Below, piece after piece: positions 29,101-37,068 of a DNA stretch of 64,000 bases. Position 1 is the first letter of the stretch. Every line of letters starts with the position of its first letter. The stretch is from the sequence record NC_015287.1, one strand, 5' to 3'. The translations under genes and the position numbers were made by a program. The notes under the pieces were generated by a model. That model did not search any database, was not told where the DNA came from, and worked only from the letters and a program-made list of their open reading frames with translations.

Positions 29101-30835
29101 CAGATCCAGTTTCGATCCACCAGAAGGAACTTACCTACACATCTTTGGAGACGGATACTCAGACTTCAAGGTTTCCTTTGCTACTCAGTCTCAGAAAGCA
29201 ACGTTACGTCTGGTTGGAGAACTTACTCACCCAGATATCGACTTCACACCTCATTATGGTATCGATCGGAACATTGGTATCGAGACAGGCATGTTCCTCT
29301 TGCCTGGTGGTGGCCTCAACGAAGACGGAACAGGTCCAGGCATTGTTACCACAAGGTTCTTACCTAAGTACCCTGCAACTGGTCGAATCACCATTGATGG
29401 TAAGGCAATCGGTCGTACCAACGCTCCTATTCTTACTGATGGTACAATCTACATTCTTGGTATTGGTACTGAGGGTAACGGTCAGATTGGCGATGACGGA
29501 ATCGGTGATCTTAATGGTGTTGAATTTGGTGCAAAAGAAAGATTCGTTCCAGCTACAGAGTTTGGTGCTGGATCTCTCCTATTCGACTTCCAGACAACTG
29601 GTGCAGAAGCAAGACCAGTCAAGGTCTTTGGTTACTATGGAGACGACAAAGATCCTGGCACATCTGGACAAATCACCATACGTCAGGAAGGTGGTATTCT
29701 CACAATCGAGAGAACTGTCGTACCAGAAATCGGATCTGGTACATTCACTTACAGTGGTGCTGGTCAAGGCGAGGCTACAACATCTGTCGAAATTGGTTCT
29801 GGTTCTCTATTCGCAATCGGCGGTATTGCAGAGTCTACAACTGCTGCAGAACTTGTCGCTGGAACCTCCATATTCAATGGAACCGCAGAAGAATCCTTCT
29901 CTGCTCAGACCCCAGAAGATACTGCAACAATTACACTATCTGGAACAGGAGTTGCTCAAAGAAGATTCGAGCCTGTTGGTTCTGGAACTCTTACACTCAG
30001 CAACGATCAAAGAGTCGTTACTGGTATCATACTTTCTCCAACAGGTTCTGGTACATTCAGTATTCTTGGTGGTGCTGCGGAGGCAACAGTCGAACCATCT
30101 GCTGCAAGAGCAATTCTTACAGATATCACAGGTGTTGCAGAAACAAGATACTTCCAAGTATTCCAAGACTTTGTTCCATCTGGTACATTCACATTATCTG
30201 GAGAACTTACACATCCAGATATCGACTTCACACCAGCGTACACTGGATCTGGAATTACTACAATCTCTGGATCTGCCGACGAGGTGGATCTTGTCAGAGA
30301 GATTGGTGTTGGTATTGCAACCTTCTCTGGTGCAGCGGTTGTCAGAATCACAGCAGACGATCTGGAAGGAACAGTCCTCTTCGATACAAAAGGCGCTTCT
30401 GCTCTCACCGCACTCAATCAAGTTTACGGATACTACGGAGACGACAGAGATCCAGGCACATCTGGTATTACTACAATCTCTGGTGTTGGTATTACAAAAC
30501 CAATACAAGTCTTTGGCTACTACGGAGACGACAAAGATCCTGGCACATCGGGTGGATTTACATTCTCCAATACTCCTCTCGTACACCCATTTGTCGATTA
30601 CACACCTTCGATTGGTATTGGTGTTGCAGTCCTTTACCAGACAAGTGGAACAGCTGTCGAATCCTTCACCTTCGCCAACTACGAGACTCAAGGAAGATTC
30701 AAAGGACTTGCTGGATCTAAAGAATCTCTCGCTCGTGCAACTTACGTTGGAATTGGTCAGATTAATACCTTCGGAGCTGGTCAAACAGAATACGCCGTTA
30801 TCGAAGAAGGTAGAACTTATGTTGTCATAATCTAA
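26177..30835 (+). CDS. Large acidic Gly/Thr/Ser-rich repeat protein, probable virion/fibre-associated
   Basis: TTG start with GGGGGA SD-like sequence just upstream; 1552-aa ORF with normal phage codon pattern; internal repeats GYYGDD[KR]DPGTSG x3 and GELTHPDIDFTP x2. Confidence 0.8.
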   Translation: MTVFVYDNTKIDQFTTFQGGDITVGSSENIDYGDIVDNVEPERDENFFFVNDWGLITATADVLPFGPINVVDGRDALGRSRSQWIPENANTVLFDVNDTALEKAVTPWIGSGTIQEIGSGLERIVIPDLGAAGAVIFIPSGTAEESISRGNYDGAGAIAKSGLSATDLDQVYPYVGSGDITLSGTTTTPYNEAYLPVIKNAFRVKGGDNRLFDVEKVIYNYARSVSDVFEKEDNGTITVREGASFDNLNVTFDEVITDPLAKERSFSDEDQVEFESYGNILDTPTSAEDYGVLEQQLQGGIFFDEYQATFVKGNDAIVRGYEGLGTFKKEGAADEDRFFAYSGSGTATFSGENFFSQAPQSTIFGVGDKITASGSADEAFVPATVDNTVLFGISGDGAESRNILPTTRKALLRPSGSVSGIAIVTGSGDKSNTVLFNTSGAATDVVLVKDYENTNLFDISGGMQQGVPVYTPSWFSATGESATEEYDWGLITATPTQLSEDWGPINTNDETIPKVAENWGFLLGEFNYVQVGGQHYPNRDTFSVGESSLIVQTAGTTGVATFLLSEDLDIAAAIQYESSGITGIATYKAGINIFGANWFSQAPQHTVFGEEGAITIGISTANESITPFIPEGSGSLFTIGGAAESSTKAYLVGDYQFISGAANVNFAPHITGVGTGTFSQGREPYQTYARKINIPDDEFGGTISLTGNTIFEKNTDSYNESSILFGTENEDYGSISVEDVGRGFSLSSLGIGLTSVESLDAGDITFDNSQQTGLTYDEAVGGPGVLPSFDKNQQYNVRFDSNVVAEDRGILGISSVGGRPYTRLYPSDTGFDQQEINNGYEDAGFITDPAPRESQFPFGKIVFPTIPAKFTQFIPSWIGSGTLNVSGTSIERVAVASSTTSLFDFVSGADERFIAQTPEGTVLFDISGTANESVTKDFVGSGSITLESGVGITTYRRILDIKGVGSATFSGSGVIRSSFDPPEGTYLHIFGDGYSDFKVSFATQSQKATLRLVGELTHPDIDFTPHYGIDRNIGIETGMFLLPGGGLNEDGTGPGIVTTRFLPKYPATGRITIDGKAIGRTNAPILTDGTIYILGIGTEGNGQIGDDGIGDLNGVEFGAKERFVPATEFGAGSLLFDFQTTGAEARPVKVFGYYGDDKDPGTSGQITIRQEGGILTIERTVVPEIGSGTFTYSGAGQGEATTSVEIGSGSLFAIGGIAESTTAAELVAGTSIFNGTAEESFSAQTPEDTATITLSGTGVAQRRFEPVGSGTLTLSNDQRVVTGIILSPTGSGTFSILGGAAEATVEPSAARAILTDITGVAETRYFQVFQDFVPSGTFTLSGELTHPDIDFTPAYTGSGITTISGSADEVDLVREIGVGIATFSGAAVVRITADDLEGTVLFDTKGASALTALNQVYGYYGDDRDPGTSGITTISGVGITKPIQVFGYYGDDKDPGTSGGFTFSNTPLVHPFVDYTPSIGIGVAVLYQTSGTAVESFTFANYETQGRFKGLAGSKESLARATYVGIGQINTFGAGQTEYAVIEEGRTYVVII
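27084..30830 (+). CDS. Nested +1-frame ORF (1248 aa, Leu/Val/Ser/Gln-rich), unknown function
   Basis: Frame is stop-free from 27057 to 30827; all other same-strand shadow ORFs in the window are under 150 aa; host NTA codons are always followed by C/T here. Expression unproven. Confidence 0.5.
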   Translation: MTNIRQPLSRATMPLSEDTKVLVRSRKKVLQTKIVSLHTLDLVQQHSLERTSSVRLHKAQSSVSVIRLLHLVVQMRRSSLQLLITLFSSVSLEMVQSLEIYYQLQERLYLDLLVLYLVSLLLLVVETNPIQFSSILLVRQQMLYLSRTTRIQIYSISLEGCNREFLFTLLLGSLQLESLQQKNTIGVLSLPLQLNYRKIGDQSIQTTRQYPRLQRTGDSFSESSTTFKLAVNTIQTEIHSLLENPVLLFRLLEQQVLQRSYFPKISISQLRFNTNLLVLLVLLPTRLASTSSVQTGSVRLLNTQSSVKKVQSPLVSLLLMSRSLHSFQRDLVHSSLLVVRQNPAPRHTWLEITSLFLVLRTSTSLHISLVLVLERSVKEENLIRLTLVRSIFLMMSSVEPSLLLVIPSLRRIQILTMSLLFSSVQRMKIMDQSLLRMLVVDSHFHLLESDLHPLNLSMLEILPLIIHNKLVSHMTRQLVVLAFFHRSIRTNSTTSDLIPMLLPRIVVFSESVLLVVVLTPDCILPILDSINRKSTTDTKMLDSLQIQHQGNLSSHSERLYSQQSLPSLLSSSQVGLVLVHSTYLVLPSRELLLQVAQHLYSTLLVVPMRDSSLRLQKEQFCSIFLVLQTRVSPKTLLVLVLLLSKVELESLLTEGFSTSRVLVLQPSLVLVLSDPVSIHQKELTYTSLETDTQTSRFPLLLSLRKQRYVWLENLLTQISTSHLIMVSIGTLVSRQACSSCLVVASTKTEQVQALLPQGSYLSTLQLVESPLMVRQSVVPTLLFLLMVQSTFLVLVLRVTVRLAMTESVILMVLNLVQKKDSFQLQSLVLDLSYSTSRQLVQKQDQSRSLVTMETTKILAHLDKSPYVRKVVFSQSRELSYQKSDLVHSLTVVLVKARLQHLSKLVLVLYSQSAVLQSLQLLQNLSLEPPYSMEPQKNPSLLRPQKILQQLHYLEQELLKEDSSLLVLELLHSATIKESLLVSYFLQQVLVHSVFLVVLRRQQSNHLLQEQFLQISQVLQKQDTSKYSKTLFHLVHSHYLENLHIQISTSHQRTLDLELLQSLDLPTRWILSERLVLVLQPSLVQRLSESQQTIWKEQSSSIQKALLLSPHSIKFTDTTETTEIQAHLVLLQSLVLVLQNQYKSLATTETTKILAHRVDLHSPILLSYTHLSITHLRLVLVLQSFTRQVEQLSNPSPSPTTRLKEDSKDLLDLKNLSLVQLTLELVRLIPSELVKQNTPLSKKVELMLS
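29228..30552 (+). repeat. Dispersed DNA-level repeats in the 1552-aa gene
   Basis: ggagacgaca[a/g]agatcc[t/a]ggcacatc in the motifs starting near 29630, 30428 and 30515; ca[c/t]ccagatatcgacttcacacc at 29228 and 30212. Confidence 0.8.
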
Positions 30836-30839
30836 ATCC

Positions 30840-30847
30840 TATAAATA
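30840..30847 (+). promoter_or_regulatory. Late promoter TATAAATA
   Basis: Exact consensus, intergenic. Confidence 0.8.
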
Positions 30848-30880
30848 AATGGAGAAGCATAACTATTGGACATCTGATTC

Positions 30881-31339
30881 ATGACCAAGCAGGTTCAATT
30901 TAGAAAAGGAACTACAGCTGAACACTTCAACTTTACTGGAGCTCTTGCAGAGATAACAGTAGATACTGACAAGAATACGGCGGTTGTTCACGACGGATCA
31001 ACTCCTGGCGGATTTGAACTTGCAAGAGCAAGATGGACATTTGTATCTGGAAACTATACTTTGGCAACAAACCAAAAGTACACAGTTGATTCGCAAAATA
31101 GTCCTTCTGGATTCGACTTGGTAATGCCAACTCCTCGAGCGGTTGGTGACTGGGTATGGATTGAAGACTTTGCTAATTTCTTTAGTATCCATCCTATCAA
31201 CGTCACATCACAATACAGTTTTGAAAACGGACATTTAGTTAGAGAATCTTCACCTTTCATCATGGACGTTTCGGGTGCGTCAGTGACTTTTATTTGGAAT
31301 GGTTCCCTTTGGAAAGTATTCAACAATAGGGCTAGTTAA
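30881..31339 (+). CDS. Small fibre-associated protein (Mtd N-terminal-like motif plus gp9/10-like C-terminal domain)
   Basis: QFRKGTTAEH...GALAEITVDTDKNTAVVHDGSTPGG, followed by an MPTPRAVGDWVWIED...FIWNGSLWKV domain. Confidence 0.7.
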   Translation: MTKQVQFRKGTTAEHFNFTGALAEITVDTDKNTAVVHDGSTPGGFELARARWTFVSGNYTLATNQKYTVDSQNSPSGFDLVMPTPRAVGDWVWIEDFANFFSIHPINVTSQYSFENGHLVRESSPFIMDVSGASVTFIWNGSLWKVFNNRAS

Positions 31340-31341
31340 CA

Positions 31342-31746
31342 ATGGCACTTACGCTAAGTAATTCTATTTCTGGACAATTTGACCCTTCCGAATCGTCGGG
31401 TTTTTTCGTGTATGCACTCAGGAGAGATGCAGAAGGCATGCTGATGTTCTCCAAAGTTAGTGCTGCTTCAACAGAATTAGGAGAATTCTATCGTAACGAT
31501 GGAACTGCTATACCAGAATTCGGTGATGGTTTAGATTATGGTACATACGATGTTGGTGTTGGTAAAACATCAGTTATTCGTAATGATATTGCGACTGTTA
31601 AAAAATTCGTAGATGATCCGAATGATAAATACCAACAGATTCGCTTTGATCGAAGAAACTTATACTATTACATAGACGATGATGGCTTTTTCGTTATAAG
31701 ATTTAATGGTCCCGACTATGCTTATAACAGCATCGGACCTAAGTAA
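31342..31746 (+). CDS. Conserved hypothetical protein
   Basis: Clean 134-aa ORF 2 nt after the previous stop; DKYQQIRFDRRNLYYYIDDDGFFVIR motif. Confidence 0.7.
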   Translation: MALTLSNSISGQFDPSESSGFFVYALRRDAEGMLMFSKVSAASTELGEFYRNDGTAIPEFGDGLDYGTYDVGVGKTSVIRNDIATVKKFVDDPNDKYQQIRFDRRNLYYYIDDDGFFVIRFNGPDYAYNSIGPK

Positions 31747-31783
31747 AAAATCCCAAACCCTCAGATAATTACACGGAGAAAAA

Positions 31784-34700
31784 ATGGCTGAGTTTAGACT
31801 TGGAAGAGTAAAATTCAACTGGACAGGTGACTGGACAACATCCAAAGCCTATTTGATTGACGATATCGCCAAGTTTGGTGGTAACACTTATGTGGCAATC
31901 GAGAACCACACGTCAACAGCAAGTGTCAGTGACTTTTACGCTAACGACCTTTCCAAATGGAACATCCATATTGAAGGTCTAGAACAAAAAGGACAATGGG
32001 CTACTGGAGTCTACTATCGTATTAACGACTTAGTAAAATTCGGTAACGTTGTTTATAGAGTTACAACTGCTCACACATCAGAAGGAACTTTCATCGATAA
32101 GACGAAAGTTACTGAGTATGTAAAAGGATTTCAAAACGAAGGTGAGTGGGATGGCAATGTAGAGTATCAATCAGGTGACGTTGTAAATTACAACGGTTCA
32201 TCTTATGTTGCGTTAACCACATCTCTTGCTGGATTCCAACCTCCTCAGTATTTGGGTGTTTCCACAGATCCAAATGCTAAGTGGACTATCTTATCTGATG
32301 GTCTTGCTGGTGCGGCTTCAACATACATTGAAGGTACTTACTACAGAGGTGACCTTATTCAGTATGGTGGTAACATCTATCGTCATAAATTAGGTATCAC
32401 AACCAACGTTTCTCCTTTACAGGTTGGTTTAGGATCTATTCAACCACAATCTTTCACTGGTACAGAAGTTTGGGATCTTCTGGTTAAGGGATTTGATTTC
32501 AAAGGCGGTTTCTCCACGACCTTTAACTATCATCCAGGCCACGTTGCAAGATACGGTTCAGACTCTTACATCTCTATTGGTTCTTCTCACAAGAATGTTA
32601 TTCCTACCGCTGGTATCGGAACTTTCTGGGAAGTTCTTGCATCTGGAGATTCCTCTGCTGCTCTTAACACCAAGGGTGACTTACTCAGTTACAACTCTGG
32701 TAATGTAAGAATCGGTATTGGTTCTACAGGTTATGCACTTGCAGTCCAGTCAAATGGAATGCCAGGCTACGAGATTGTAGGTAACCAAACAAGAATTTAC
32801 TACGTTGACTCCGAAGACGGATTAGACGTAAACAACGGTCTTGCACCTAACTTGGCGTTTAAGACTATTAAAAAGGCTTGCGAAGCTGCTCGTCCTAAAA
32901 CAAACATCACCAATATGGTGTATACCGCTTCCACTGGTGTGGCAACGGTTACTGCGCCTGGTCACGGTCTGTTAAACACTGGTACGTTCGTTCAGTTACA
33001 AGATATTCAGTTTGAGTGTCTATCTGGAGGTAACGTATTCAACGTTCTGGGTATGACCTATAACAAGGCAGTTGGTCTTGCAACGATTACTGCTATTGGT
33101 CTTGGTGCTGCTCCCGAAGTTGGAATTGGTGCAACTGTTAGAATCAGAAACTTGAGTGTTCAGTATCAAGGTTCTGCACAGTTTGCTCATACATTCCAAA
33201 CCGCAACAGAAGACGCTATCCAGTCTGGTGGTGACTATGTTCACACATTCAACAGTTGTGCTCCAAACGGAGTGACAGTTGTTGGTGGATCCAGTATCAC
33301 TCCAACAAGTGCTACATATGATCCTTCAAATGGTAACTTCACTATGACTATCACAGGTCATAGTTTATCAACTTCTGACAGTGTTACCATCGCTGATAAC
33401 GCATTTACGTTCACCTGTACGATGAACAACAATGCAAGTCAGAAGACATATCCTAGACCTGGCAAAGACCCTGCACAAGGACAACAGTTAGCAATTACAG
33501 GTACAACAACTGATACAATTACAGTTAACGTTGGACCTTCTCCAATCGTCAACCATCAACCAACTGCGGTTTCTTATAACCAAGCAACTGGTGACATGGT
33601 TTGTACAATCGGACCACACACATTAACAGTTGGTACATCTGTTAAGTTGGCTACTGATGGTATGGTATTCCGTTGTTCAATGGACGGATACACAACCGAT
33701 CACTCTTATCCTCGTCAAGTTGCTGGAGATGGTAACCCTGACCCTGCATACAACACAGCTCTTAACATTACTGCTGTTACAACCAACACAATTACAATCA
33801 ACGTTGGTACTGCGTCTGATGATCAGACAATCACTGGTAAGTTCCCTGCTGTACATACTCAAGGTACTTACGAATTCCTTGTACAGGCTGTACCCGACTC
33901 CAACTCTATTACTTTAAACGTTGGTGTTTCTACTACCGATTACCTCTATGTTTCTGGTGGTACTGCGTTCGTTGGTTTAACAACAACCAAGTATCCCGAC
34001 AAGGTTGCTAAGTCTTACTACGAGGTTCTTGAAGTTACTGATGTTGACAACTTTAAGTGTAACGTTGGTATCTCCACAATCGATCACACATACGTTGAAG
34101 GTGGTTTAGTTACAGACTTGACCCCTGCTATCTTGAAACTGTCTGCGTCTCAGTTCTACGAACAGTTACCAGTTACAGTTCCTCCTTTCACTTCGATTGT
34201 TGGTAACGCACTTAGAGGTTCACAGGTTCTTCCTAAGGCTGGAACATCTGATGACTCTTCAACTCCTAACAACAGGAGTCACATGTTCAAGATGTCTGAT
34301 GCAACAACTATTCAGGCAATCTCCATGAAAGGAATGGAAGGATTCTACTATGATCCTAACGCTCCTTTAGAGTTAGATAACTCTAACTTAAGAACTGGTA
34401 TCGGTACAACCGCTGCTGGTGTGTTCATCTCCTTGAACCCAGATTCACCTATCGATAACAAGTCACCTTATGTTAAGGACTGTACTTGTTTCTCCGACCC
34501 TGCAACTGAGAGTGGCAGATTCGGTGGTGGTGGTGTTGGTGTATTCATCGATGGTGGTGTACACGACACAGGTGCAAAATCAATGGTGTTCGATGCGTTT
34601 ACGCACGTTGCATCTGATGGTGCTGGTTACATTCTTGATAAGGGTGCAATCGCTGAAATCGTTTCCTGTTTCACATACTACGCTAAGTGGGGTTACTACT

Positions 34701-36217
34701 CAGGTGGTGGATCAAGAATCAGGGGTGTTGGCGGAAACAACTCTTACGGAGACTACGGTGTTATCTCATCTGGTTTCTCAACTGATGAAGTTCCCAGAAC
34801 TGCAAAGGTCTTTGGTGACATGATGACAGTTCAAGGAACAACCAAAGGCGGTACAGTTTCTATCGGTGCTACCATGTTCGGTCAGACATCTAAGGCAACT
34901 GCATGGATGTTGAATGATCAGATCTCCGCTGATAAGATTTACTTCAAGTATCAAAGTGGATACGGTAATGCTGGTATCGGTACTACTGGATTCGTAGATG
35001 GAGAAATCGTCTGGTTCGGTAATGGTGCTGAGAATAGTTCTGGTGTGGGTTCAATCACAGTCGGAGCTGCCGCATCTTCCACAACTGGACAGAAAGGAAC
35101 AATTCTAGAGGTTGACCAAACATCTGGAACACTTCTAATCGGTGATGCTATCGGATTCCAGACAACCGCTTACGGTGCAGACGATAGATTCTACATCATC
35201 AACACAATCACGAATGTTGCCGCCGCGGCCACATACTATGAGTGGCAGGCTGGAAACGGTGCAAGTCAACAAGTTGTCTTCAACAACCGTGCAACTCTGA
35301 CAATCTCTCCTGAGAAATCAAGAGGAACATGGGATACTAGAAACTCTGGTTCCACATCTGACATTGAAATCAGAACACTGTTCTCACAGGCAAGACTAAC
35401 AGGACACGACTTCCTCGCAGTTGGTACTGGTAACAAGACACAGACTGGATATCCAAACGTCAACTTGGCGAACGTTATCCAAGGTCAGGAAACTAACGTG
35501 TTCGGACCTGGTAAGGTGTTCTTCGTATCTACTGACCAAGGTGGTAACTTCCGAGTTGGAGACTTCTTCTCCGTTGACCAGTTGACTGGTCGTGCAACAT
35601 TGGATGCTTCCGCGTTCAACTTGTCTGGTTTGACAGAATTGAGACTGGGTGCTATCGGTGGTCAGGTCGGTGAGGCAATCAACGAGTTCTCCTCTGATGA
35701 GACACTTGCTGGTAACTCAAACACTGCATGTCCTACAGAATTTGCAGTTAAGGGATTCTTAACTCGCGGTTCAATGGGTATCAAGGCAATGACACCTCCT
35801 GTTGGTACAACTGCTCAAAGACCTGGCGGCGTTGACGATGAGTTCAACACTGGTGCGTTAAGATTCAACACTACCTTGGGTGCTCTTGAGTACTACAACG
35901 GTACAACATGGATTCAGCCTGGTGTTAAGACATATAGTACTGTTTCTTCAAGTTTCAGTGCTACTTCTGGAGTCACATACTTTGTGAACACAGGTGGTGG
36001 TCAGGTAACTGCTACACTCCCTGCATCTCCTGACTTAGGTGCTGAGATTACATTCATGGACGTTGCTAAGACCTTCGACTCAAACAACTTGGTTGTTTCC
36101 AGAAACGGTAGACCAATCCAAGGTGACAATGCTAACCTAACTGTTTCCACAGAAGGTGCTGCATTTACCCTCGTTTACTCTGGTTCCACATACGGTTGGA
36201 GAATCTTCTCCATCTAA
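31784..36217 (+). CDS. Modular tail fibre (N-terminal W...Y..DD.V..GG..Y repeats, YPR repeats, probable beta-helix, gp9/10-like C-terminal domain)
   Basis: GGAG SD; MAEFRLGRVKFNWTGDW start; IYYVDSEDGLDVNNGLAPNLAFKTIKKA; C-terminal LPASPDLGAEITFMD...RNGRPIQG...LVYSGSTYGW. Confidence 0.8.
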   Translation: MAEFRLGRVKFNWTGDWTTSKAYLIDDIAKFGGNTYVAIENHTSTASVSDFYANDLSKWNIHIEGLEQKGQWATGVYYRINDLVKFGNVVYRVTTAHTSEGTFIDKTKVTEYVKGFQNEGEWDGNVEYQSGDVVNYNGSSYVALTTSLAGFQPPQYLGVSTDPNAKWTILSDGLAGAASTYIEGTYYRGDLIQYGGNIYRHKLGITTNVSPLQVGLGSIQPQSFTGTEVWDLLVKGFDFKGGFSTTFNYHPGHVARYGSDSYISIGSSHKNVIPTAGIGTFWEVLASGDSSAALNTKGDLLSYNSGNVRIGIGSTGYALAVQSNGMPGYEIVGNQTRIYYVDSEDGLDVNNGLAPNLAFKTIKKACEAARPKTNITNMVYTASTGVATVTAPGHGLLNTGTFVQLQDIQFECLSGGNVFNVLGMTYNKAVGLATITAIGLGAAPEVGIGATVRIRNLSVQYQGSAQFAHTFQTATEDAIQSGGDYVHTFNSCAPNGVTVVGGSSITPTSATYDPSNGNFTMTITGHSLSTSDSVTIADNAFTFTCTMNNNASQKTYPRPGKDPAQGQQLAITGTTTDTITVNVGPSPIVNHQPTAVSYNQATGDMVCTIGPHTLTVGTSVKLATDGMVFRCSMDGYTTDHSYPRQVAGDGNPDPAYNTALNITAVTTNTITINVGTASDDQTITGKFPAVHTQGTYEFLVQAVPDSNSITLNVGVSTTDYLYVSGGTAFVGLTTTKYPDKVAKSYYEVLEVTDVDNFKCNVGISTIDHTYVEGGLVTDLTPAILKLSASQFYEQLPVTVPPFTSIVGNALRGSQVLPKAGTSDDSSTPNNRSHMFKMSDATTIQAISMKGMEGFYYDPNAPLELDNSNLRTGIGTTAAGVFISLNPDSPIDNKSPYVKDCTCFSDPATESGRFGGGGVGVFIDGGVHDTGAKSMVFDAFTHVASDGAGYILDKGAIAEIVSCFTYYAKWGYYSGGGSRIRGVGGNNSYGDYGVISSGFSTDEVPRTAKVFGDMMTVQGTTKGGTVSIGATMFGQTSKATAWMLNDQISADKIYFKYQSGYGNAGIGTTGFVDGEIVWFGNGAENSSGVGSITVGAAASSTTGQKGTILEVDQTSGTLLIGDAIGFQTTAYGADDRFYIINTITNVAAAATYYEWQAGNGASQQVVFNNRATLTISPEKSRGTWDTRNSGSTSDIEIRTLFSQARLTGHDFLAVGTGNKTQTGYPNVNLANVIQGQETNVFGPGKVFFVSTDQGGNFRVGDFFSVDQLTGRATLDASAFNLSGLTELRLGAIGGQVGEAINEFSSDETLAGNSNTACPTEFAVKGFLTRGSMGIKAMTPPVGTTAQRPGGVDDEFNTGALRFNTTLGALEYYNGTTWIQPGVKTYSTVSSSFSATSGVTYFVNTGGGQVTATLPASPDLGAEITFMDVAKTFDSNNLVVSRNGRPIQGDNANLTVSTEGAAFTLVYSGSTYGWRIFSI

Positions 36218-36268
36218 TTTGAGATCCTTTATATTATGTTTCTTATTCAAACCCTTTTAGGATCGTAA

Positions 36269-37054
36269 ATGGCCAACTATAGATCATATCGAAAAGTAAG
36301 ATCAGACCAACTAACTGCTGGTACTATTGGTATCAATAAGTTAGTGTCGGGTGTGACTCCAGATTATTGCGTCAAGATGTTTCATGGACATCCTTGCTAT
36401 TGCACACCTGGCTGTTGTTGTTTGTGGACTGTACCATCGGGAGTAGGTAAACTAACTATCGAACTCTGGGGTGCTGGAGGAAACGGACATGGACATTGTA
36501 CATGTAACAGATGTCAACACTATCAAGCTGCTGCTGGGGGAACATACAATACAAAAACCATCGCGACAACGCCTGGTTGTCAGTATCGTGTATGTGCTGG
36601 TGGAGTTTACAGATGTTGTTCTAGAGAATGTAATGGATGTCAAGGATGTTCTTCATACGTTAACGGTCACAACTTAAGTAACTTCTGTGCTCTTGGTGGT
36701 GCAAGAGGTTGTGCAAACCCAGACTGGTCTGTCAGATGTACATCTAGAAACTACTGTTGTGTATCGCCTGGAACATGGGGTGGAGACTTTGCAATGGCTC
36801 CTCACCAAAAAGGTTGGTCAGGTCACTGGAACTGTCACTGTACTGGTGCGGTTGCAAACACAATGTCATCAGGTGCTCCATTCTTAACATCTGAAGGTGT
36901 TGAGACTATGTTGGAACAGTGCTGGTCACGTTGCGGTTGCTGGACTGCTCCTTATGCGTCTGGTGGACAAGGTGCAATGACTACATACTGTGGTCGTTGT
37001 TGTGGACAGGGCGGTCAAGGCGGCTCTGGTGTTGTAAGAATCACTTACGTCTAG
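36269..37054 (+). CDS. Cys/Gly-rich fibre-tip/adhesin-like protein, paralog 1
   Basis: WTVPSGV..IELWGAGGNG...GG.GG.G.V.ITY glycine-rich fibre domain; 29 Cys in 261 aa (hand count). Confidence 0.8.
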   Translation: MANYRSYRKVRSDQLTAGTIGINKLVSGVTPDYCVKMFHGHPCYCTPGCCCLWTVPSGVGKLTIELWGAGGNGHGHCTCNRCQHYQAAAGGTYNTKTIATTPGCQYRVCAGGVYRCCSRECNGCQGCSSYVNGHNLSNFCALGGARGCANPDWSVRCTSRNYCCVSPGTWGGDFAMAPHQKGWSGHWNCHCTGAVANTMSSGAPFLTSEGVETMLEQCWSRCGCWTAPYASGGQGAMTTYCGRCCGQGGQGGSGVVRITYV

Positions 37055-37068
37055 GAATTTAAACAGAA

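Noticed and set aside
29630-30552. Short direct repeats resembling a CRISPR array
   Set aside because: In-frame coding repeats with irregular spacing (about 800 and 87 nt); no cas genes.
29936-30784. Minus-strand ORFs of 76-196 aa in the dual-frame region
   Set aside because: At least partly explained by the scarcity of TTA/CTA on the + strand here; they are fragmented and motif-free, unlike the continuous +1 frame.
36222-36264. GATCCT...AGGATC inverted repeat that could mask the SD of Cys-rich paralog 1
   Set aside because: Only 6 bp with a ~30-nt loop; too weak to support.
36560-36660. CxxxCxxC in the Cys-rich proteins read as a radical SAM motif
   Set aside because: No radical SAM barrel context; with 11% Cys the pattern arises readily. 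Kept only as a possible metal site.
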